Assembly (NCBI GenBank): GCA_963704755.1
Contig: OY969938.1
Span: 4,680,001 to 4,712,000, forward strand
Direction: 5' to 3'
Length of the DNA stretch: 32,000 nt
From: an uncultured Chloroflexia bacterium
GTDB lineage: Bacteria > Chloroflexota > Anaerolineae > Anaerolineales > Anaerolineaceae
The notes beneath the pieces were generated by a model. That model did no database searches, had not been told where the DNA came from, and was given only the letters and a program-made list of their open reading frames with translations. The translations under genes were made by a program, and so were the position numbers. Below are positions 8,844 to 16,225 of the stretch, in pieces; position 1 is the first letter of the stretch; each line of letters opens with the position of its first letter.

Positions 8844-9050
8844 TTACCCCGCGACGACTCGGGTGGAGCGTATCAAGGCCTGCTCCATTTGTTCGATCTC
8901 TGCCGGAGATTGGATGGTATTAAATACATCCGAGTGCTGTTCGCGCACATGTTCCAATGCTTTTTGAGTGACCTCTTCTATCGTCTCACCTTTGACTACA
9001 AAGGGACAGTTTAAACCCATACTTTTACAGGAATATTTGATTAACATCAT
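8844..9050 (-). CDS. DUF1059 small protein
   Basis: 68-aa ORF. The pattern C.SMGLNCPFVVKGETIEEV...ALEHV.E.H matches the DUF1059 family. Confidence 0.7.
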   Translation of the reverse strand: MMLIKYSCKSMGLNCPFVVKGETIEEVTQKALEHVREQHSDVFNTIQSPAEIEQMEQALIRSTRVVAG

Positions 9051-9190
9051 TTCCTCATTGCGTGTTTCTATTTATGAACCCATGTACCCGCGAAACCCGA
9101 ATCTCGCAACGCGAGTGATTTTTTTATTGGGGTGGATCGTATACTCATCTTACCCCGTATTGGGGTTCTTTACAAACGAATTGGCCTTCC

Positions 9191-9219
9191 TTGACGTAGC
9201 GCATCTGGTTCGCTATGAT
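9191..9219 (+). promoter_or_regulatory. Sigma-70-like promoter
   Basis: TTGACG (9191-9196), exact 17-nt spacer, TATGAT (9214-9219), in non-coding DNA upstream of the 9375 ORF. Confidence 0.45.
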
Positions 9220-9225
9220 AAGGTT

Positions 9226-9317
9226 CAGGCGATGAGGCTCGCCGGAATATTAATCCAATTGCCTTGGTGCTGATGGCCTCTGTCCGGGTAGTTCTGCGGA
9301 CAGGGGCTTTTCTGTCG
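9226..9317 (+). ncRNA. Candidate ~90-nt small RNA or terminator-containing leader
   Basis: Bounded by the 9191-9219 promoter and the 9277-9317 intrinsic-terminator-like hairpin. It has an internal hairpin ggcga/tcgcc. I recognise no riboswitch class. Confidence 0.3.
9277..9317 (+). terminator. Intrinsic terminator-like hairpin
   Basis: cctctgtccg (9277-9286) pairs with cggacagggg (9298-9307), 10 bp including one G-U, with an 11-nt loop. It is followed by cttttctgtc. Confidence 0.5.
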
Positions 9318-9374
9318 GCCTATTTTTATCCTAAAAATTCAACCAAATAATGGAACGCTCGAGGTCTTGATTTT

Positions 9375-9818
9375 ATGTCTCCAATTAAACTCACTCCCGG
9401 CCAACAAAGGCATGTTTTTGCCACGCTGCTCTCTTACGAAAAAGCATTGCGCCTGGCAGAACAGTTACTTATGAATGAATCAGAAACGGGGATCTTGTAT
9501 GTGCGAAAAAGTGTTTTGAGCTCTGCACAGCGCCGATTGGCTGCCGATCGAATTGCCGATTTATTGGACGATTTGGCCGAATTTGTGGGTGAACTCGGCT
9601 TGCCGGCAACGGAAGAGCTCAGCGAAAGGACGATCGCGTCCTATCTGGGTGAAAGCTGGACCGGACTGGAGGATTGCCGGTCGAAGAGCCTGGCAAATTA
9701 TGGCAGGCTCACTGCACAGGATGCGCAGCGGATCGATCAGTCGATTGGGCATATGGCCCAATCGGCGCTCGAATTAAGCCAGTTGTTCACGATATCGCCG
9801 GGAGATTCGATAGAGTAG
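9375..9818 (+). CDS. Hypothetical helical protein
   Basis: 147-aa ORF with plausible coding composition and no family I recognise. It sits directly upstream of the chemosensory operon. Confidence 0.55.
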   Translation: MSPIKLTPGQQRHVFATLLSYEKALRLAEQLLMNESETGILYVRKSVLSSAQRRLAADRIADLLDDLAEFVGELGLPATEELSERTIASYLGESWTGLEDCRSKSLANYGRLTAQDAQRIDQSIGHMAQSALELSQLFTISPGDSIE

Positions 9819-9996
9819 GGAGAGGTTTAGAAAAGTTTGAAACTTGGGTATCGTTTTGTAAGGTGATTATATTTACCAAATTACTATTCATTAACCCATC
9901 AGATGGGTATAATAAATTTATAAAGTGGGCAAAAAATTTGGAAATCAGGTATGTTTTTTCCATTTAAAAGTATGGCAGGTTTTGAGAGGTACGTGC

Positions 9997-10491
9997 GTGG
10001 CTGAAGTAGACCGGTCTATCCAGATGTTCGTCGTTTTCTGGTTGCAGGAAGGAATTTATGGGTTGCCCCTGGAAAATGTTAGTGAGGTAGTTCGAATGGT
10101 GGCGATCACGAAAGTACCTAAAGCACCAGCCTGGCTGCCTGGGGTGATAAATGTCCGCGGGCGGGTTGTGCCGGTAGTCGATCTGCGGGCACGCCTGGGT
10201 ATGCGAGTGCTGGCGCCTGTACTGAACACCCCCATCATCGTCGTTCAGGTTAAAGAGCGCCGGGTCGGCCTGATCGTGGATCGAACAGATGAGGTCATCA
10301 CCTTAGTCCCCGATGCAATTACGCCACCGGACGAACTGACCAAAAAAGCCCGGCCGGTTAAATCAATTAGCCGCCAGGACGACCGGTTGATCCTGATCCT
10401 GGATTTGCCGCGGCTCACCGCCGGTACCGAAAAATTTAGTACCGAGGAGATGCCCAAGGAAAAACATGAACAGGCCGCTGCCAAAGTATGA
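9997..10491 (+). CDS. cheW: CheW-like coupling protein 1
   Basis: CheW signature ...FWLQEGIYGLPLENVSEVV...PGVINVRGRVVPVVDLRARLG. I prefer the GTG at 9997 (GAGAGG RBS 8 nt upstream) over the track start at 9925. ATG 10024 is an alternative. Confidence 0.85.
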   Translation: MAEVDRSIQMFVVFWLQEGIYGLPLENVSEVVRMVAITKVPKAPAWLPGVINVRGRVVPVVDLRARLGMRVLAPVLNTPIIVVQVKERRVGLIVDRTDEVITLVPDAITPPDELTKKARPVKSISRQDDRLILILDLPRLTAGTEKFSTEEMPKEKHEQAAAKV

Positions 10492-11161
10492 CCTAGACGA
10501 TGCGGAATTCTCACGTTTTTCCGGCCTTGTTCGAGCAAAAAGCGGCCTGGAAATCCCTGAAGTGCGCCGGCCAGATCTGGAGAAGGCAGTCGTCCAATCA
10601 ATGGCTGAACTATCCCTCTCGAAACCGGATGAATTATTTACCTATTTAATGACCGGGCCGGATGGTGCGCCGGTTTTAGAAAACCTGATCGCACGGATTA
10701 CCGTGGGCGAAACGCATTTTTTTCGCAATCATCCGCAGTTCGAAGCGTTGGAAAAACAGGTCTTACCTGAGTTGATCGAAAAACGGCGGCCGCTCAAGCG
10801 CTTGCGGATTTGGAGCGCGGGCTGTGCCAGCGGCGAGGAGCCTTACTCGCTGGCGATTTTGCTGAAAAGGTTGATTCCAGACCTGGCCGATTGGAACATC
10901 CTTATTCTGGCCACCGATATCAACCGCACAGCGTTGGAAAAAGCCCAAAAGGGGGATTTCGGCCCCTGGTCGTTTCGTGAAGTACCTCCGGAAGTCAAGG
11001 CGAATTATTTTAAATTCGATGGAAGTCGATACAAAATCAGTAACACGGTTCGCAGCATGGTGACGTTTGCTTACCTCAACCTGGTCGAGGATAACTATCC
11101 TTCCATGCTGACCAACACTCAGTTGATGGACCTGGTCCTATGTCGCAATGTCCTGATCTGA
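10466..11161 (+). CDS. cheR: CheR methyltransferase, N-terminal fragment (gene interrupted by a 1-nt frameshift at about 11160)
   Basis: CheR N-domain plus SAM-binding block RIWSAGCASGEEPYSLA. The ORF ends ...CRNVLI-TGA, inside the conserved CRNV(L/M)IYF motif. Confidence 0.85.
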   Translation: MNRPLPKYDLDDAEFSRFSGLVRAKSGLEIPEVRRPDLEKAVVQSMAELSLSKPDELFTYLMTGPDGAPVLENLIARITVGETHFFRNHPQFEALEKQVLPELIEKRRPLKRLRIWSAGCASGEEPYSLAILLKRLIPDLADWNILILATDINRTALEKAQKGDFGPWSFREVPPEVKANYFKFDGSRYKISNTVRSMVTFAYLNLVEDNYPSMLTNTQLMDLVLCRNVLI

Positions 11162-11177
11162 TTTTAATGAAGCGACC

Positions 11178-12011
11178 ATGCGGGTGGTGGTCGAGCGAAT
11201 GCATGCCGCCTTGAGCATTGGCGGGTGGCTGTTCGTCGGACACGCCGAGCCATCCCAGTCTATTTTTTACAAATTCCAGGTCCATAATTTTCCGGGTGCG
11301 ATTGTTTATCAGAAACCCGAGCATGAAAGCCAGGCACAGGCGCTGCCTCCGTTGCCCTTGGAATGGGCCAGCAAAACCTCAAAAGAAATGCGGGATGAAA
11401 CTTCCTCCCGACCCCTGGCGAATTCCCGAGCTCTGCCGGAAAAGCCCATCCAGGCGAAGCCAAAGCCGGCGAGCCAGGCGCCGGCGGCTAAGCCCCGGCC
11501 CCAACGATTACCTCCTCCCGCTGAACTGCTCGCTGCGGTAGCCCTTTTCGACGCAGGCCAGGTGGATGCTGCCTTGGCCAAACTGGCGAGCCAGGTCGAG
11601 GGATATCCGCAAAACGCCTGGCCGCCTTATTGGCTGGCCAAAATATATGCCAACCGGCTGGACCTGGAAAACGCCGAGCGTTGGATCGATATTGCTTTGG
11701 CCCGCGAACCATTGTTGGCGCCGGCTCACTACCTGCGTGGGTTGATCTTACAGGAGTTAGGCCGCCTGGAGCAGAGCCTGGAGGCACTGCGACGTTGTCT
11801 CTTTGCCGACCCGGAATTTTTATTGGGCTATTTCAGCCTGGCGGGGCTGTATGGGCGGCTATCCCAGCCTCAAAAAGCCTTGAAGGCGTTGATGAACCTG
11901 GAAGAGCTGCTGGCCGGGTATGACCGCGAAGCGGTTGTCGCGGAAGGGGATGGGATGACGGTTGGGCGCCTGTCCGAATTTGTGACTGCCCAAAAGGAGT
12001 TGCTGGAATAA
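11178..12011 (+). CDS. cheR: CheR C-terminal fragment plus Pro-rich linker plus TPR domain (continuation of 10466 ORF in the +1 frame)
   Basis: Homology in this frame already starts at 11160 (DFNEATMRVVVERMHAALSIGGWLFVGHAEP is the end of the CheR MTase fold). TPR-like repeats follow (AWPPYWLAKIY..., APAHYLRGLILQELGR..., LGYFSLAGLYGR...). Confidence 0.85.
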   Translation: MRVVVERMHAALSIGGWLFVGHAEPSQSIFYKFQVHNFPGAIVYQKPEHESQAQALPPLPLEWASKTSKEMRDETSSRPLANSRALPEKPIQAKPKPASQAPAAKPRPQRLPPPAELLAAVALFDAGQVDAALAKLASQVEGYPQNAWPPYWLAKIYANRLDLENAERWIDIALAREPLLAPAHYLRGLILQELGRLEQSLEALRRCLFADPEFLLGYFSLAGLYGRLSQPQKALKALMNLEELLAGYDREAVVAEGDGMTVGRLSEFVTAQKELLE

Positions 12012-12622
12012 TGGCCGACGAGAATCATCTTTCTTCCGGTGAATTGAAAATACTCGAAGAACGAGCGCGTTTATTGGCGCATGTTCCCCAGGCGGATGAT
12101 TCGGGAGAATATATCGAAGTGGTGGTCGTGGCGCTGGCTGGGGAAAGCTATGGTATTCCGATCGATTCGGTCGTAGAGATACAGCCATTAAGTACTCTGA
12201 CACCCCTGCCTGGTGTACCGGCTTATTGGGTAGGGTTGCTCAATTTACGCAGCCGGCTGCTGCCATTGCTGGACCTGCGGGCTTATTTGGGCTTACCGCC
12301 GTTTCCGTGGCGTGAAAGCGACCAGAGGAAAGAAAACGGGCCCCAAAAGGCCAATGGCAAAACCCAGCGGAAAGGCGAGCCAATTCTGGATGGCGAAATC
12401 ATCCTGGTGAGCCAGAACGGCAATCAAATCGGCTTGCTGGTCGATCGGGTAAGTGAAGTCCAAAAGCTGCCCCGTGAAAAGATTGGCCCTCCGTTGACCA
12501 GGCCCGCAGCGAGCGAACACAAGGTGACCGAAGGGTTGACGCCGGATTTATTGACTCTATTAGACCTGAACGAATTATTGAAGGATCCAGGTTTGATCGT
12601 ACAGAACGCTGGTGGATCGTAA
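12011..12622 (+). CDS. cheW: CheW-like coupling protein 2 (with ~35-aa basic insertion)
   Basis: CheW signature ALAGESYGIPIDSVVEI...PAYWVGLLNLRSRLLPLLDLRAYLG. The start ATG overlaps the cheR stop (TAATG). Confidence 0.85.
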   Translation: MADENHLSSGELKILEERARLLAHVPQADDSGEYIEVVVVALAGESYGIPIDSVVEIQPLSTLTPLPGVPAYWVGLLNLRSRLLPLLDLRAYLGLPPFPWRESDQRKENGPQKANGKTQRKGEPILDGEIILVSQNGNQIGLLVDRVSEVQKLPREKIGPPLTRPAASEHKVTEGLTPDLLTLLDLNELLKDPGLIVQNAGGS

Positions 12623-12660
12623 TCAGGAGATGATCCGATTTACCTACGAGGAGATCGACG

Positions 12661-14289
12661 ATGAACTTAATTAATAATATGAAGATCGGCGCCAAGCTTA
12701 TCGCAGGCTATCTTATAGTTTCCCTCATCGTAGTCGTCGTAGCGGCAATTGGTTACACAAGCGTACTGAATCTAAGCAATATCATTGTGGGTAATTACAA
12801 CAACAATGTGTTACCCATTGAATACGTGGGGACGGCCAGCAACGACATGTACCGCATCCGCGGAGATGTATATAAATTGATTCTTTTCCCGGACCAGGTC
12901 AGCGACGTCGAAACCGAGATCGATACTCTCAAAGCGGAAATCGATGACCGGGTTACAAAATTTCGCCAGGTAAACCTGACCCAGGATGAAGTGCAAAAAC
13001 TGGCTTCGTTCGACAGTGCCTGGGCAACTTACCAAAGCGAACTCGCCAAGGCCATTGCGTTGGTTAATGCCGGCAATAACCAGGCGGCGGTGACGGCGAT
13101 CCAGACCGGTGGCAATTTGTCCACTGCCAGGGACGTCGTTATTGCCCAATTAAGCGACTTGTCCGATCTGAATACCGGACAAATGGCTACCCGGCAGGCT
13201 TCAGCCCAGCAAACTTTTCTCCAGATCAGTAAGTTGTTGTTCGCGGCCGGGTTGATCGGTGTGCTTTTGGCCCTGTTTTTGGGGATCGGAATAAGCCGCA
13301 GTATTATTGGGCCGCTCCGGAAATGCGTGAAAATGATGGAGGATTTGTCCAAGGGCCATTTGAGCACGCACCTGGGGATGACCCGCCTGGATGAGATCGG
13401 GGTTTTGACCCGCGCAATGGACGATTTCGCCGAGGTTTTGCGTAAAATAGCCACGCAGACGCGCAAATCGGCCGCCAGTACCACGGCGGCGACGGCCGAG
13501 ATCCTGGCCGCGGTCAGCCAGCACACTGCCAGTGCGAACGAACAATCGGCGGCAATCAACGAGACGACCACCACAGTGGATGAAGTCCGCGCGGCCGCCG
13601 AGCAGACCGCCCAGAAGGCCAACGATGTGGCGCACGAATCGTTGGGGGCAGTCACGGTCAGTGAAAACGGACGGCAGGCAGTGGATGCCATCGTGACGGG
13701 GATGATCGAGATCCGCGAGAAGGTCCAGGCCATCGCCCAGGACATCCTGGCGCTTTCGGAACAGACTCAGCAGATCGGCGAAATCACCGCTACAGTCAAC
13801 GATATCGCCGACCAGTCCAATTTGCTGGCGTTGAACGCCACGATCGAGGCAGCCAAGGCGGGTGAGCAGGGCAAGGGCTTCGCGGTGGTGGCGACGGAAG
13901 TGCGTAACCTGGCGGACCAGTCCAAGCAAGCCACCACGCGGGTGCGGTCTATCCTGGGCGATATCCAGAAGGCGACCAACGCGGCGGTGCTGGCCACCGA
14001 ACAGGGCACCAAGGGTGTAGAAACAGGCATGAGCCTGGCTCAACAGGCCGGGAGCGTGATCAACCAGTTATCCGAGACGATCCGCGAGGCAGCTCAGGCG
14101 GCCCAGCAGATTGCCGCCTCGGCGCATCAACAGAATATTGGTATGGAGCAGATCGCCCAGGCGATGAAGGACATCAACCAGGCGACCGTGCAATTTGTGG
14201 CCGGGGCACGCCAGTCGCAGACGGCGGCCGAGAACCTGAATGTGATGGCCCAGGACCTACAAAAAACAGTCGAGTTCTATAAAGTGTAA
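12661..14289 (+). CDS. Methyl-accepting chemotaxis protein 1 (4HB sensor, HAMP, MCP signalling domain)
   Basis: 542 aa with a GAGGAG RBS. It has TM1, a periplasmic helical sensor, TM2, a HAMP domain ([18 protein letters not shown]...[15 protein letters not shown]) and the conserved hairpin tip [23 protein letters not shown]. Confidence 0.92.
   Translation: MNLINNMKIGAKLIAGYLIVSLIVVVVAAIGYTSVLNLSNIIVGNYNNNVLPIEYVGTASNDMYRIRGDVYKLILFPDQVSDVETEIDTLKAEIDDRVTKFRQVNLTQDEVQKLASFDSAWATYQSELAKAIALVNAGNNQAAVTAIQTGGNLSTARDVVIAQLSDLSDLNTGQMATRQASAQQTFLQISKLLFAAGLIGVLLALFLGIGISRSIIGPLRKCVKMMEDLSKGHLSTHLGMTRLDEIGVLTRAMDDFAEVLRKIATQTRKSAASTTAATAEILAAVSQHTASANEQSAAINETTTTVDEVRAAAEQTAQKANDVAHESLGAVTVSENGRQAVDAIVTGMIEIREKVQAIAQDILALSEQTQQIGEITATVNDIADQSNLLALNATIEAAKAGEQGKGFAVVATEVRNLADQSKQATTRVRSILGDIQKATNAAVLATEQGTKGVETGMSLAQQAGSVINQLSETIREAAQAAQQIAASAHQQNIGMEQIAQAMKDINQATVQFVAGARQSQTAAENLNVMAQDLQKTVEFYKV
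13439..14252 (+). repeat. 814-bp direct repeat, copy A (3' module of MCP1)
   Basis: Base-by-base comparison with 15307-16120 (offset 1868) gives 8 mismatches, with 13554-14031 fully identical. Confidence 0.95.
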
Positions 14290-14408
14290 AAATGGGCAAC
14301 TACTCAGCTATCGCAAAATAAAAACAACCCTGATTTTCGAACCGGGCTGAGTAGAAAAAAATGAGATATAGAGGACAGCCCACGGATGCGGACAAGAGGA
14401 GGCAGGCT

Positions 14409-16157
14409 ATGAAATGGCTCAATAACATGAGAATGGGTGTCAAGCTGATCGGTGGATTCCTGGTCGTGGCTATTATCGTGTTTGTAGTCGGTTCGATCGG
14501 TTATGTCAGTGTCCAGAATCTGAGCAATATCATTGTCGGCAACTATAACAATAACGTACTACCCATTGAATACGTGGGCACAGCTAACAGTGACCTGTCC
14601 CGCATCCGCGGTGATTTGTACAAAATGGTTTTGTTTCCCGATCAAATCAGTGACATCGAGACGGAAATCAACTCGTTGACTACAGAAACCGAGAGCCAGA
14701 TCTCACTGTATAAACAGACCAGTCTGACACCGGAAGAAGTTCAAAAACTGGCTGCCTTCGATAATTCCTGGGCCAGTTTTAAGAACGAACTTGCGCAGGC
14801 CATAACCGTGATTAAATCAGGCGATAATCAGGCCGCCCTAGCCAATATCCAGACCGGGAGTGATTTATCCAATATACGCGACCAGGTTTCTGGGGTATTG
14901 GAGGATTTGTCTAACCTCAATATCAGCCTGATGAAAACCCGCCAATCGGTGGCCCAGCAAACTTTTATCCAGGTTGGCCGTACTTTGACAATTGTCGATT
15001 TTATCGGATTGCTGCTGGCATTGGGTCTGGGAATTGGTCTCAGCCGCAGCATAACCCGGCCGCTCGGCCAGGGCGTAAAGATGATGCAGGATTTGTCCCG
15101 CGGGCACCTGGGCACTCGCCTTAACATGACCCGCCTGGATGAAATCGGTGTTTTGGCGCGGGCCATGGATCAATTTGCCGAGGATTTGCAGAATATTGTC
15201 CTGGGAAACCTCAAAAAGATTGCGGCGGGAGACCTGACTTCTGAGATCAGCCTGAAAGACGCCCGAGACGAAATATCTCCGGCGTTGATCGCGATGAACA
15301 CCAACCTGCGTAAAATAGCCACGCAGACGCGCAAATCGGCCGCCAGTACCACGGCGGCGACGGCCGAGATCCTGGCCGCGGTTAGCCAGCACACTGCCAG
15401 TGCGAACGAACAATCGGCGGCGATCAACGAGACGACCACCACAGTGGATGAAGTCCGCGCGGCCGCCGAGCAGACCGCCCAGAAGGCCAACGATGTGGCG
15501 CACGAATCGTTGGGGGCAGTCACGGTCAGTGAAAACGGACGGCAGGCAGTGGATGCCATCGTGACGGGGATGATCGAGATCCGCGAGAAGGTCCAGGCCA
15601 TCGCCCAGGACATCCTGGCGCTTTCGGAACAGACTCAGCAGATCGGCGAAATCACCGCTACAGTCAACGATATCGCCGACCAGTCCAATTTGCTGGCGTT
15701 GAACGCCACGATCGAGGCAGCCAAGGCGGGTGAGCAGGGCAAGGGCTTCGCGGTGGTGGCGACGGAAGTGCGTAACCTGGCGGACCAGTCCAAGCAAGCC
15801 ACCACGCGGGTGCGGTCTATCCTGGGCGATATCCAGAAGGCGACCAACGCGGCGGTGCTGGCCACCGAACAGGGCACCAAGGGTGTAGAAACAGGCATGA
15901 CCCTGGCTCAGCAGGCCGGGAGCGTGATCAACCAGTTATCCGAGACGATCCGCGAGGCAGCTCAGGCGGCCCAGCAGATTGCCGCCTCGGCGCATCAACA
16001 GAATATTGGCATGGAGCAGATTGCGCAAGCGATGAAGGACATCAACCAGGCGACCGTGCAATTTGTGGCCGGGGCACGCCAGTCGCAGACGGCGGCCGAG
16101 AACCTGAATGTGATGGCCCAACGTTTACAGAAAACTGTCGATTTTTATCAAGTATAG
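14409..16157 (+). CDS. Methyl-accepting chemotaxis protein 2 (4HB sensor, HAMP plus extra linker, MCP signalling domain)
   Basis: I prefer the ATG at 14409 (AGGAGG RBS 7 nt upstream, [10 protein letters not shown]... parallels the MCP1 N-terminus) over the track start at 14361. Architecture matches MCP1 with about 40 extra residues after HAMP. Confidence 0.92.
   Translation: MKWLNNMRMGVKLIGGFLVVAIIVFVVGSIGYVSVQNLSNIIVGNYNNNVLPIEYVGTANSDLSRIRGDLYKMVLFPDQISDIETEINSLTTETESQISLYKQTSLTPEEVQKLAAFDNSWASFKNELAQAITVIKSGDNQAALANIQTGSDLSNIRDQVSGVLEDLSNLNISLMKTRQSVAQQTFIQVGRTLTIVDFIGLLLALGLGIGLSRSITRPLGQGVKMMQDLSRGHLGTRLNMTRLDEIGVLARAMDQFAEDLQNIVLGNLKKIAAGDLTSEISLKDARDEISPALIAMNTNLRKIATQTRKSAASTTAATAEILAAVSQHTASANEQSAAINETTTTVDEVRAAAEQTAQKANDVAHESLGAVTVSENGRQAVDAIVTGMIEIREKVQAIAQDILALSEQTQQIGEITATVNDIADQSNLLALNATIEAAKAGEQGKGFAVVATEVRNLADQSKQATTRVRSILGDIQKATNAAVLATEQGTKGVETGMTLAQQAGSVINQLSETIREAAQAAQQIAASAHQQNIGMEQIAQAMKDINQATVQFVAGARQSQTAAENLNVMAQRLQKTVDFYQV
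15307..16120 (+). repeat. 814-bp direct repeat, copy B (3' module of MCP2)
   Basis: See copy A. Identical antisense ORFs in the track (13767-14030 and 15635-15898) reflect the same repeat. Confidence 0.95.
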
Positions 16158-16225
16158 AAATGATAAACGACCGGTAGTCCATAAGATACTTAGGGCACTG
16201 GTAGTCATTGGAAAGAGGTTTTCAA

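Noticed and set aside
9103-9126. Short hairpin ctcgc-aac-gcgag followed by T7 (terminator-like on the plus strand)
   Set aside because: No plus-strand transcription unit ends here, because only the antisense of DUF1059 lies upstream. The stem is only 5 bp. It may simply be part of the DUF1059 5' region.
8968-9273. 101-aa plus-strand ORF spanning the DUF1059 start and the intergenic region
   Set aside because: It overlaps the DUF1059 gene in antisense and runs through the promoter-like region at 9191-9219. It has no RBS or family signature.
9908-9913. Perfect TATAAT about 85 nt upstream of the first cheW in an AT-rich spacer, a candidate che operon promoter
   Set aside because: There is no acceptable -35 at 16-18 nt spacing (best is TTCATT at 15 nt), and the preceding bases are GGG, so there is no extended -10. 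It is too weak to call without transcript data.
11154-11165. Programmed +1 ribosomal frameshift at the cheR interruption (by analogy with prfB, since a TGA stop sits at the shift site)
   Set aside because: The P-site codon AUC cannot re-pair in the +1 frame (UCU). There is no CUU-UGA-type slippery context and no upstream internal Shine-Dalgarno stimulator. An indel, real or artefactual, is the simpler explanation.
13029-14043. Long antisense ORFs inside the MCP genes (13029-13745, 13201-14043, 13767-14030, and their twins 14865-15797, 15170-15613, 15635-15898)
   Set aside because: They are typical stop-free reverse frames of Ala/Gln-rich, GC-rich coiled-coil coding sequence. Their duplication simply mirrors the 814-bp repeat, and the sense frames carry unmistakable MCP motifs.
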